A DNA stretch of 20,987 bases from Ignavibacteriales bacterium (lineage in GTDB: Bacteria > Bacteroidota > Ignavibacteria > UBA10030 > UBA6906), in the NCBI GenBank assembly GCA_037441705.1, contig JBBIRR010000057.1, forward strand, positions 1-20,987, given 5' to 3'. The translations under genes were made by a program, and so were the position numbers. Positions 6,284 through 14,530 of this stretch are shown here, one piece after another (within the stretch, counting starts at the first letter, position 1; every line of letters begins with the position of its first letter). Under the pieces are notes generated by a model, which was not told where the DNA came from, searched no databases, and saw nothing but the letters and a program-made list of their open reading frames with translations.

Positions 6284-9205
6284 ATGCGCAATGCTACCCG
6301 TTTTTCCACCATCGGCGCGTTCTCGTGCTTGACGGCCGTGCTCGCCTTCCCGACGCTTGCACAGCAAGTGGACGATCCGACGCTGGACACGCCACCCCTG
6401 CGGCCGCCCATTCTCTTGCCGGGCGCCCCCGCCGCGCCGCCTTCGCTCAACGTTATCACCGATACCGACGGTTGGGATAATTTCGACCTCGGTACGACGA
6501 ACGCCGAGCCGCACATGTCCAGTAACCCGAACCAGCCCCAGTGGTACTTCAACGCGTTCAACACGAACACGACGTTCCACACCGAGAACGGGTACACGTG
6601 GGCAACGAACAACCCGGCGTTTCCCAGCGCCGCCGGCGATCCGGTCACGGCCTATGACAGTCTCGGCAATCTCTACTACGAGACGATGAAGAGTCCGATT
6701 ACGGGATGCTGGGTGGTGAAGTCCACCAACAACGGCCAGTCGTGGAGCACGGCGGTGACGTCTGTTGCCGGAATTGATAAGAATTGGATTGCCGCCGATC
6801 AGACGATGGGTCCGTATGCAAACTACGTGTACACCACTATGACGGCAGGGAGCGGAAACGGAAACTTTGCGCGCAGCACGGACGGAGGGCTTACCTGGCA
6901 GACAACGTTCACGCCCAACACACAGTCGCTTCCCGGCATGATGGTCGCCGTGGGGCCGAATGTCCTGAACGGCAACAATATTTCTGGTGGATGTGTGTAT
7001 GTGGTGACGCACTCGGGAACCAACGGCGCGGGGATCTACACCTTCTACGTCTCGACAGACGGGGGAGTGACCTTCACACAAAAATCTGCCAACCAATTCT
7101 CCAACTACATCGGCACGGAGGTCGGAGGACGCTCGACGGTGCAGTTCATGCGATGCCGACCCTATCCTTTCATCGCAGCAGATAACAGCTTCGGGCCGTA
7201 TCGCGGACGACTGTACCTTGTGTATGCCTCCAACAATCCACCCGGCAACGGCAACAAATCCGACATCTTTCTTCGGTACTCGACCGACCAGGGAGCCACC
7301 TGGAGTTCACCGCGCATCGTGAACGACGACCCGAACTCACAAAACAACTTCCAGTTCCATCCCGCAATCTGGTGTGACAAACAGACCGGTCGCCTGTACA
7401 TCAAATTCTACGACACGCGACGCGTACCGACGAGCGATAGTATGGATGTGTACGCAACGTACACCGATGACGGCGGTGAGACATTCGCACCCAATCAGCG
7501 ACTGACCAACAGACATTTCCGAATCAATTTCACGAATTCAAGTTCCGCGACCTACCGCGGTGATTATGATGCGATCACGTCGAATCGCTATACGTCGCTG
7601 GCGGTGTGGACGGACTTTCGGAACAGCAACTACCTCGGGATGACGGCGTACTTCCCAGACTTTGCCATGCTCGCGCGGGCAACGCGGGATACGCTCAAGT
7701 TCACCGACAGCACCACGGCGATCATCAAAATTCCCGCCGTGAAGCTCTACACCTACGGTGTGAAGTTCAGCGCGTCGGTCTCACCGTCCGCGCCGTTCGA
7801 GCTCACCTGGCCCAACGGCGACTCGCTCGCCTCCGTGCCGGACTCCATCACGCTGAAGATCAAGACGAACAACGTTGCGACGGGAACCTACACCATTTCG
7901 ATTCTCGGCCAGGGACCGAACGGCACGCCGATTCACCGGCGAACGCTCAACATCCGCGTGCAGTTCATACCCAACACCGTACAGCTCCTGCAGCCGAACG
8001 GCGGAGAGTTCTGGATTCAGGGTCAGACGAAGCAAATCCGATGGACCCGAACAGGCGACGTGGGCAACGTACGCTTGGAATATTCCACCAACAACGGCAG
8101 CACCTGGACGCAGATTGTTGCCAGCACGCCGGCACTGCCGGGGTCGTACAACTGGGTGATCCCCCCTACACCGACGACGCAAGGAAAGGTTCGCGTGACC
8201 TGGACGGACAGCAGCAACGTGACCGATCAGAGCGATAACGTGTTTACGATTTCCGGACCGGCAGCCCTCATTTCTATTGCCAATGACTCGCTGCGGGCAA
8301 CGGCACAGTACGGCAGCAATCTTGCCTTCGATACGCTGCGCATCTCGAACACAGGGACGCTTACTCTCAATTGGACGAGCACGGGCACTGCCTGGGCGAA
8401 CGCATTCCCGTCTAGCGGCTCGGTGCCTGCCGATTCGACGCGTTCGGCGCCGGTGCGATTCAACGCCGCGGGCCTGATCGGCGGAACGTATTACGGAACC
8501 CTCGCCGTCTCCAGCAACGATCCCCAACGCCCAACGGTCAATGTGCCGATGCGCTTCAGGGTGTTCGGCGTCGCGCAGATCAGCGCAGTGCCGCGGGATA
8601 CGCTCAACTTCGGAAGTGTGCAAGTGGGCAGGACCGACACCGCTCTTGTTCGTGTATATAACATCGGAACCGATACGCTGCGCACGACCAACAGCGTTAC
8701 CCCGCCGGGTCGCTTCGGCACGCTCACGCCGAGCGTGAAACTTTCTCCCAATGATTCGACGAACATCAGGGTCGTCTTCACGCCGTTAGATTCGACGTTG
8801 AGCTACACGGCGACGCTCCGCATCATCACCAACGATCCCGATCCTGCCGACGACACGGTGTTTGTTACCCTGGTCGGACGTGGACGCGGTACAACCTCGG
8901 TGCCGCTGATAACGCATAACGAGGTCCCCGAACAGTTCGTGCTGGAGCAGAACTATCCGAATCCGTTCAATCCCTCTACCACCATTCGGTTCGGCATTCC
9001 CGGAAGCATCGCGCAAAACGAGATTGCAACTCTGCGTGTGTTCGACATCGTGGGACGTGAGGTGGCAACGCTGGTGAACCAGCGCCTATCACCCGGCACG
9101 TACTCCGTGCAATTCGAAACGGACGGTCTCGCAAGCGGCATCTACTTCTACCGTCTTGCCGCCGGACAGTTCGTGCAAACACGCAAGATGATGCTGACCA
9201 AGTAA
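6284..9205 (+). CDS. T9SS-secreted multidomain protein: Asp-box (BNR) beta-propeller + Ig-like domains + T9SS type A sorting domain
   Basis: GGAGA SD, ATG 6284, signal peptide. Asp-boxes STNNGQSW, STDGGLTW, STDGGVTF, STDQGATW, TDDGGETF; PNGGE Ig-like domain; BACON/ASH-like domains (SNDP, TNDP); CTD LEQNYPNPFNPSTTIRF...LASGIYFYRL...KMMLTK. Confidence 0.88.
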   Translation: MRNATRFSTIGAFSCLTAVLAFPTLAQQVDDPTLDTPPLRPPILLPGAPAAPPSLNVITDTDGWDNFDLGTTNAEPHMSSNPNQPQWYFNAFNTNTTFHTENGYTWATNNPAFPSAAGDPVTAYDSLGNLYYETMKSPITGCWVVKSTNNGQSWSTAVTSVAGIDKNWIAADQTMGPYANYVYTTMTAGSGNGNFARSTDGGLTWQTTFTPNTQSLPGMMVAVGPNVLNGNNISGGCVYVVTHSGTNGAGIYTFYVSTDGGVTFTQKSANQFSNYIGTEVGGRSTVQFMRCRPYPFIAADNSFGPYRGRLYLVYASNNPPGNGNKSDIFLRYSTDQGATWSSPRIVNDDPNSQNNFQFHPAIWCDKQTGRLYIKFYDTRRVPTSDSMDVYATYTDDGGETFAPNQRLTNRHFRINFTNSSSATYRGDYDAITSNRYTSLAVWTDFRNSNYLGMTAYFPDFAMLARATRDTLKFTDSTTAIIKIPAVKLYTYGVKFSASVSPSAPFELTWPNGDSLASVPDSITLKIKTNNVATGTYTISILGQGPNGTPIHRRTLNIRVQFIPNTVQLLQPNGGEFWIQGQTKQIRWTRTGDVGNVRLEYSTNNGSTWTQIVASTPALPGSYNWVIPPTPTTQGKVRVTWTDSSNVTDQSDNVFTISGPAALISIANDSLRATAQYGSNLAFDTLRISNTGTLTLNWTSTGTAWANAFPSSGSVPADSTRSAPVRFNAAGLIGGTYYGTLAVSSNDPQRPTVNVPMRFRVFGVAQISAVPRDTLNFGSVQVGRTDTALVRVYNIGTDTLRTTNSVTPPGRFGTLTPSVKLSPNDSTNIRVVFTPLDSTLSYTATLRIITNDPDPADDTVFVTLVGRGRGTTSVPLITHNEVPEQFVLEQNYPNPFNPSTTIRFGIPGSIAQNEIATLRVFDIVGREVATLVNQRLSPGTYSVQFETDGLASGIYFYRLAAGQFVQTRKMMLTK

Positions 9206-9225
9206 AGGTCACGCCTCACGAACAT

Positions 9226-9251
9226 CAAAGCCCCGCTCATGCGGGGCTTTG
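9226..9251 (+). terminator. Rho-independent terminator-like hairpin
   Basis: CAAAGCCCCGC-TCAT-GCGGGGCTTTG perfect 11-bp stem starting about 20 nt after the stop codon. Confidence 0.75.
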
Positions 9252-9271
9252 TGCATTCGATCGGAAGTACG

Positions 9272-9538
9272 ATGGACACTTGGGCATACGTATTCATCAC
9301 GACCCGGCATCCGAAGCGGACACTCCCCAAAGTGCGGAAGATTTCAGGCGTGATTCATGCCGATGCGCTCTTTGGAAGTCCGGATGTCATTGCGATCGTG
9401 AAGGGAAAAGACATCGCGACGATGGATGCCGTGATTGATCGCATCGCGGAGATTGGGGACGTTACGGCAACGGATTCGAAAGTAGCGCGCTGGCTCGATG
9501 GCGTCGGGCCGCCGCAGCCGTACTCGGCCAGAAAATAG
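9272..9538 (+). CDS. Stand-alone Lrp/AsnC ligand-binding (RAM) domain protein
   Basis: AYVFI..., KISGVIHADALFGSPDVIAIV, IDRIAEIGDVTATDS pattern; no HTH; ATG 9272 after GGAAG. Confidence 0.75.
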   Translation: MDTWAYVFITTRHPKRTLPKVRKISGVIHADALFGSPDVIAIVKGKDIATMDAVIDRIAEIGDVTATDSKVARWLDGVGPPQPYSARK

Positions 9539-9557
9539 TCGGGAGGCATATCATACA

Positions 9558-9582
9558 CGTCTCGCAAAGCGCGTACGAGACG
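9558..9582. terminator. Hairpin between convergent genes
   Basis: CGTCTCG (9558-9564) / CGAGACG (9576-9582); no strong U-tract on either side. Confidence 0.35.
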
Positions 9583-9604
9583 CTGAATCTATTTCATCCG
9601 TACG

Positions 9605-9925
9605 TCACTCCAGCACTACCGCTGTGCCGCTGGCGCTCACCATCAGCATGCTTCCGTTCGACCCGATCGTTTCGTAGTCGAGATCCACACCGATAACGGC
9701 ATTGCCGCCGAGCATCTGCGCTTGCTGGGTCATCTCGGCGATGGCGATATCCTTTGCCTTCCGCAGCTCCTCTTCGTAGGCAGCAGAGCGTCCGCCGACG
9801 ATATCGCGGATGCCCGCAAAGAAATCCCGAAAAATGTTCGCCCCTAAGATTGCCTCGCCGCTGACAAGCCCGAGGTAGCGGGCCACTCTCTTGCCTTCAA
9901 CGACGTTGGTGGTGACGACAAGCAT
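9605..9925 (-). CDS. ybjQ: YbjQ/UPF0145 family putative heavy-metal-binding protein
   Basis: [49 protein letters not shown]...[13 protein letters not shown]...[11 protein letters not shown]; AGGAGA SD. Confidence 0.93.
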   Translation of the reverse strand: MLVVTTNVVEGKRVARYLGLVSGEAILGANIFRDFFAGIRDIVGGRSAAYEEELRKAKDIAIAEMTQQAQMLGGNAVIGVDLDYETIGSNGSMLMVSASGTAVVLE

Positions 9926-9956
9926 GCGATGTTCTCCTTGTGAACGTTTGTTCTGA

Positions 9957-10715
9957 TTATGGAGTGCTGAAGCGATTGAGAAAATCTTTCTCCGCGTCCG
10001 TCAGGCTTGTCACGCCCTGCGCGTCAAGCTTTGCCATGATGCGATCGTACTCCTCGCGGTTCACTTCATGCAGGCGCTCACGGGGGATGGCTTTCCACCG
10101 TTGAACGTCGGATGCGAGGGCCAGCGGTTCGACGAGCTGTTTCTGAAGACGGACGATGCGCGCGGTATGTTTCAAGAGTTTCAAATAGACGAACCCGCCG
10201 AGGAAGCCGCCGAGGTGTGCGAAATGTGCGATGCCGTCGCCTGTGGCTCCAAAGCCGCCGAACAGCGCCAGCGCCGTCATGATGGCGACCATGATGCGCA
10301 CCTCGATCGGCAAGACACCCCAGATGTAGACGCGGTCACGCGGCCAGAAGTACGCATAGCCTATCATCACGCCGAACACTGCGCCCGATGCCCCGATGAT
10401 AGCCGCAGCCGGATTGAACACCATCGAAATCACGGCTCCCATCAATCCGCTGACGAAGTACAGTCCGAGAAAATGTTTGCCTCCCAATTCCTGTTCGAGC
10501 CGCGGCCCGAAGAAGAACAGACTGAGCATGTTGAAAAATATGTGTCCGAACCCCCCGGTGTCGTGCACGAACATGTACGTGGCAATCGTCCACGGTCGGT
10601 CGAGAATCCCCAGCGGAACGAACGCAAGGAACGTCCCAAACGCCGGACGAACGATCGTCAGCACATACACGGCAACATTGATCAGGATGAGGCGAAGAAC
10701 CCAGGGTGTAAGCAT
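9957..10715 (-). CDS. Rhomboid-family intramembrane serine protease with C-terminal DUF6576-like helical domain
   Basis: [17 protein letters not shown], catalytic IGASGA and AHFAHLGG; C-terminal [24 protein letters not shown]. Confidence 0.92.
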   Translation of the reverse strand: MLTPWVLRLILINVAVYVLTIVRPAFGTFLAFVPLGILDRPWTIATYMFVHDTGGFGHIFFNMLSLFFFGPRLEQELGGKHFLGLYFVSGLMGAVISMVFNPAAAIIGASGAVFGVMIGYAYFWPRDRVYIWGVLPIEVRIMVAIMTALALFGGFGATGDGIAHFAHLGGFLGGFVYLKLLKHTARIVRLQKQLVEPLALASDVQRWKAIPRERLHEVNREEYDRIMAKLDAQGVTSLTDAEKDFLNRFSTP

Positions 10716-10760
10716 GCAGGAGTACTCTTTGTGGGCAATAACAAATCTCCGTTGTCCGTC

Positions 10761-12815
10761 TCAGCGCATCACGGTCAATGCGCGCTTGGCTGCTGCCAGC
10801 AGAGCGTCTGCGCTGACGGGCATGCCCGTAGCGTTGGTCATCCAGAGATCGGGCGTCACCCGACCGTATGTTGCCATCCGTTCGAATTCCCTTCCAAGGT
10901 TGCCCGTTTTCTCCACGTGTTCCTCGATTTGGTGCGCAATGAGATGGCCAAGCGGATAATCGGGCAGATAGAGGAACGAGTGAATCATATGCGAATAGAT
11001 CGCAAGCAGAACGACATCCCGCTTGTTAAAGACCGGCGCGTAGTATTTGTTCCAGATGTCTTTTGCGATTGCCAGCGTTGCTTCCTTCAGTTGTGCGGGA
11101 GTGGCGTTGGGATTGTCGTACATCCAGTGCCACACCTCCATATCCACCAGCGCGACGCCGGCGATCTCGTACGTTGCCCAGAAGTCGTTCAGCGATTTCA
11201 ATGCCCTGTTTGTTGCATCGGGAGACGACAGCCCGAGCAACTCAAGATCTTTTGCCTGAAAGACGAAGGCAAGCGCCTCGGTAAAGGCGGTATTGGGGAC
11301 ACCGCGCAGCAGCGTGTGGTCCACCTTGTTGAGCGAGAAGACCTGCTCGACGTTGTGTCCCAGTTCGTGGATGGCGATGTTGAAGCCTTTGTAGTTCATG
11401 CCGCCTTTCTCGACGCGTGTGCGCAGCCGTGCCTTAGCCGAGCGCATGGCAGCGCCCCAGGCATGCCCCGAGCCGCGCGCCGGGTCCACTTCGATGTTGT
11501 TTGCAAGCATGCGCGCCGTTTCGCGTGTGAAGCCCAGTTTCATCAGCAGATTCGGCAGGTCGCGTTTGAATGCCTTTGCTGTCGGGTAGCGCCGCGCCAC
11601 GATTTTGTCCAACTCGGCTTCGCTGTACTGCGCCCGCGGCCGAAACCCGTTGTACCAGATGTCGAACGGCTCCAGGGGTCTGCCCAGCCGCCGCGAGATC
11701 AGGCGCCCGACATCCGTCACCAGAGGCGAAGAGACGACGTCCTCCAGAATCTTCTTCACTCGCGCTTCGGGAATCTCCCGGTCTTCATCGAAGCGGCGCG
11801 CGATGTGCGTGGGCGCTGTCGGAGAGTACGGGTCGAGCTTGCGCGCGGCGCGGAACGTCTCCAGCAGTATTGCATATCGTCGATCCGCCTCAGGCGCAGC
11901 GTTGATGGGCGCGCTGGACGCAGACGGCATGTCCGCATCGTTGACCGCTGCCGGCGCGAGTTCGTTCGTGTACGGGTTCCAGTCCACATACGGATTGTTG
12001 ATGACGACGGCAGGAATGGTTTGCGTGACGATGCGTTCCATCACCTGCTGGATCATCCGCTGCCGTGCCAGGCCCTTCTCGCCGTTGGCGTACTGCGCTT
12101 TGATCTCGTCCCGAAGATTCCAGTGGGAAAGCAGCCGAAGCTTCGGCGGGAAGAGTCGCTCGCCCTTGTCGTTCACAAGGTGATGCATGTAGATGTTGTA
12201 TTCGGAGATGTATTGATCGGCACGAGCGCTTGCCTCAGCAAGGGCCTGGTTCACTTCTGCGGGGATGCGTTTGGCGAAGCGCTGCGCAAGACGCGCCTCC
12301 GCCCACTGGCGTCGGCTCCATTTTCCTCCTTCCGCTAAGCGCTGCTCCAGTGTAGTCATCGGAAAATTCAGAAGCACGACGAACGCAAGCTTGTTCTTGA
12401 ACATGTCGTCGAGAACATGTGCCGAGGGGTCGAATGCCGCGAACAGCTCATCATACGGCTGAATCGGGCCGAGATCGAGATCGGATTGCTGGCGAAACTC
12501 TCGCGTGATCTCCAGCAGGTGCCCGTCCAGTTGTTCGAGAAGATACTGGAAGCGATTGAACATCGTATCAAGGGCCGCTTGCGTCCCTGCAAAATTCGTC
12601 CGCACAAACTGCTCGAACGCTGCGTCGTCGCCGTCTTCCTCGCGCCACAGACTTGCCACCTGCCGCATCCCGCGCAGCAGGCGGACCCGCTCGGTCTCTC
12701 CGTACTTCGCGACAAGATCGCGCTCGAGTTTCGCAAACGTATCGGCTTTCTGAGCAAATCCCATATTCAGTTCGGTCACAACCATCAGCGCAACGATTGC
12801 TACGTGCTTGAACAT
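10761..12815 (-). CDS. Secreted gluzincin zinc metallopeptidase (M2/M3-like)
   Basis: Start at ATG 12815 (GGAGG SD, signal peptide MFKHVAIVALMVV...). HELGH at 11369..11355, downstream GVPNTAFTEALA, and HSFLYLPDYPLG. Confidence 0.75.
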   Translation of the reverse strand: MFKHVAIVALMVVTELNMGFAQKADTFAKLERDLVAKYGETERVRLLRGMRQVASLWREEDGDDAAFEQFVRTNFAGTQAALDTMFNRFQYLLEQLDGHLLEITREFRQQSDLDLGPIQPYDELFAAFDPSAHVLDDMFKNKLAFVVLLNFPMTTLEQRLAEGGKWSRRQWAEARLAQRFAKRIPAEVNQALAEASARADQYISEYNIYMHHLVNDKGERLFPPKLRLLSHWNLRDEIKAQYANGEKGLARQRMIQQVMERIVTQTIPAVVINNPYVDWNPYTNELAPAAVNDADMPSASSAPINAAPEADRRYAILLETFRAARKLDPYSPTAPTHIARRFDEDREIPEARVKKILEDVVSSPLVTDVGRLISRRLGRPLEPFDIWYNGFRPRAQYSEAELDKIVARRYPTAKAFKRDLPNLLMKLGFTRETARMLANNIEVDPARGSGHAWGAAMRSAKARLRTRVEKGGMNYKGFNIAIHELGHNVEQVFSLNKVDHTLLRGVPNTAFTEALAFVFQAKDLELLGLSSPDATNRALKSLNDFWATYEIAGVALVDMEVWHWMYDNPNATPAQLKEATLAIAKDIWNKYYAPVFNKRDVVLLAIYSHMIHSFLYLPDYPLGHLIAHQIEEHVEKTGNLGREFERMATYGRVTPDLWMTNATGMPVSADALLAAAKRALTVMR

Positions 12816-12971
12816 GTTAAGGCCTCCGTGAAGTCGACAAGAGTGAAGGCAGAACAGACCGCCTTCAACATAGGAGTTTTGACGGAGAGTTTCAAACGCT
12901 TCGTCCTTCCATCCGCATGTATTGTGCAAGCATGTATTGTTTTTTGTAGATTGCACATCGTGCACACCCGA

Positions 12972-14507
12972 ATGTATCATACGGCACTGTTGCTCTGCGC
13001 GACACTCCCGCTGCTCGCGCAAACCAGGCCGGACTCGCTGCGGCGACCGAACAGTCCCGTCTTCAAAGATTACCGCACGACCGTCCCCATCCCCGTCATC
13101 GAGCAATCCGATGCGACGTACCAGCTCTGGCAAAGCTTTCGTGTTCTGCAGGAGGCCAGCGCTGGGAACGCCATCTCGCAATTCGAACTCAGCATCCGCT
13201 ACCTTACGGGGCGAGGCTTCACGGCAGATACGGCGAAGGCGGTGTATTGGACGAAGAAGGCGGCTGAGCAGAATCATTTGCTGGCCCGTTACAACCTCGG
13301 GATTTTCCAGTTCAACGGTTGGGGAACGGAATGGAACCCGTTCGAGGCATATCGAAACTTTCGCTTTGCAGCAGAGCGCAACATACACGAAGCGCAGTTT
13401 GCTCTCGCGCAGGTGCTGACGGAGAACCTCGTCGTGCCGCAGAATTTGCCCGAAGCCTACCGCTGGACGAAACTCGCCGCCGATTCGGGCTACGCACCGG
13501 CGAAGGAGGCGCTCACGTTCTTTGAGCAGCGCGGATATGGCTCGTCATCCGATGCGCACCGGTCAACAACCGAAGGAAACCGGTCTGCGGAATCGAGCGC
13601 GCCGACCGCTCCGCAGTTGCAGGTCCTCTTCCTGGATTTTTCGCCCGACACGCTTCAGGCAACGCCGGACTCTCTGCTGGTTGATGATGTGCTAACCATC
13701 GCTGCAGATAGTGTTGGAGGATTGTCGCATGCGATTCGGGTGAACCGCAATCGCATTGAAATGGACACAACGGCACATGCAACACTTCTGCGCGCAGCGG
13801 AAGCGGGCACTCCCGAAGCTCTCACCCTCCTGGGCCGATGTTACGAACACGGCGTTTCCTGTCCCGCTGATCCAATCCTCGCGGCGCAGTATTACGTCCG
13901 CGCGGTACGCATGGACTCTCGCCGGGCGCAGCGACTTCTCCAGCATCTTTTAGAACAGCAGAACTTCTTTACGCTGCTCAAGGCGCGGGTAGGACAGAGC
14001 GACCCCGACGCCCAGTTCGTATGGCCGTGCCTCATCGCGCTCGGGTTGGATCGTCAGCTCACCGATGGGCAGGCGCTGCACATGCTGGAGCGCGCTGCGG
14101 CCGCAAATCATGTTCCTGCTCTCATCGAGTTAGGTCTCGCGTTCTACGCCGGCCGCTGGGTGCAGCGATCCGAGCCGAAGGCGCTGGAGATGTGGACAAA
14201 GGCGGAAGCGTTAGGAAGCAGCGAAGCGTCGGTACGAATCGCAATCCTTATGGTGCGGAGCGCCAACGACAATGTGGCATCTGCCGTGCAAACGCTGCAA
14301 CGCGCCGCGCAGTTCGGTTCGGTGCTCGCCGAGGTTGCCCTGGCCTATTGCTATGAAACGGGACGGGGTGTTGCGCAGAACAAAGGCGACGCAGCGCGTC
14401 TGTATCGAATGAGCGCCCAGCGCGGCAGTCAGGATGCCTACCGTGCGCTCATCCGCATGCACGACGCCATCCGCCCGAAGGAAAAGGAATTTGTGATTGC
14501 CCGCTGA
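12972..14507 (+). CDS. SEL1-like (TPR) repeat protein, exported
   Basis: Repeats AISQFELSIRYLTGRG..AVYWTKKAAEQN, ALTLLGRCYEHGV, ALIELGLAFYAGR, AEVALAYCYETGRGV..AARLYRMSAQRG; signal-like MYHTALLLCATLPLLA. Start approximate. Confidence 0.88.
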   Translation: MYHTALLLCATLPLLAQTRPDSLRRPNSPVFKDYRTTVPIPVIEQSDATYQLWQSFRVLQEASAGNAISQFELSIRYLTGRGFTADTAKAVYWTKKAAEQNHLLARYNLGIFQFNGWGTEWNPFEAYRNFRFAAERNIHEAQFALAQVLTENLVVPQNLPEAYRWTKLAADSGYAPAKEALTFFEQRGYGSSSDAHRSTTEGNRSAESSAPTAPQLQVLFLDFSPDTLQATPDSLLVDDVLTIAADSVGGLSHAIRVNRNRIEMDTTAHATLLRAAEAGTPEALTLLGRCYEHGVSCPADPILAAQYYVRAVRMDSRRAQRLLQHLLEQQNFFTLLKARVGQSDPDAQFVWPCLIALGLDRQLTDGQALHMLERAAAANHVPALIELGLAFYAGRWVQRSEPKALEMWTKAEALGSSEASVRIAILMVRSANDNVASAVQTLQRAAQFGSVLAEVALAYCYETGRGVAQNKGDAARLYRMSAQRGSQDAYRALIRMHDAIRPKEKEFVIAR

Positions 14508-14530
14508 AACTTCCGTCTTCTCCCCGCGCG

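Noticed and set aside
10068-12338. 756-aa + strand ORF
   Set aside because: Antisense shadow of the rhomboid and peptidase genes; no recognisable motifs. Long stop-free antisense frames are expected in GC-rich coding DNA.
12417-13388. Apparent ~1-kb head-to-head overlap of the peptidase and SEL1 ORFs
   Set aside because: Artefact of longest-ORF calling. Signal-peptide-bearing starts at 12815 (-, with GGAGG) and ~12972 (+) leave a normal 156-nt divergent intergenic region.
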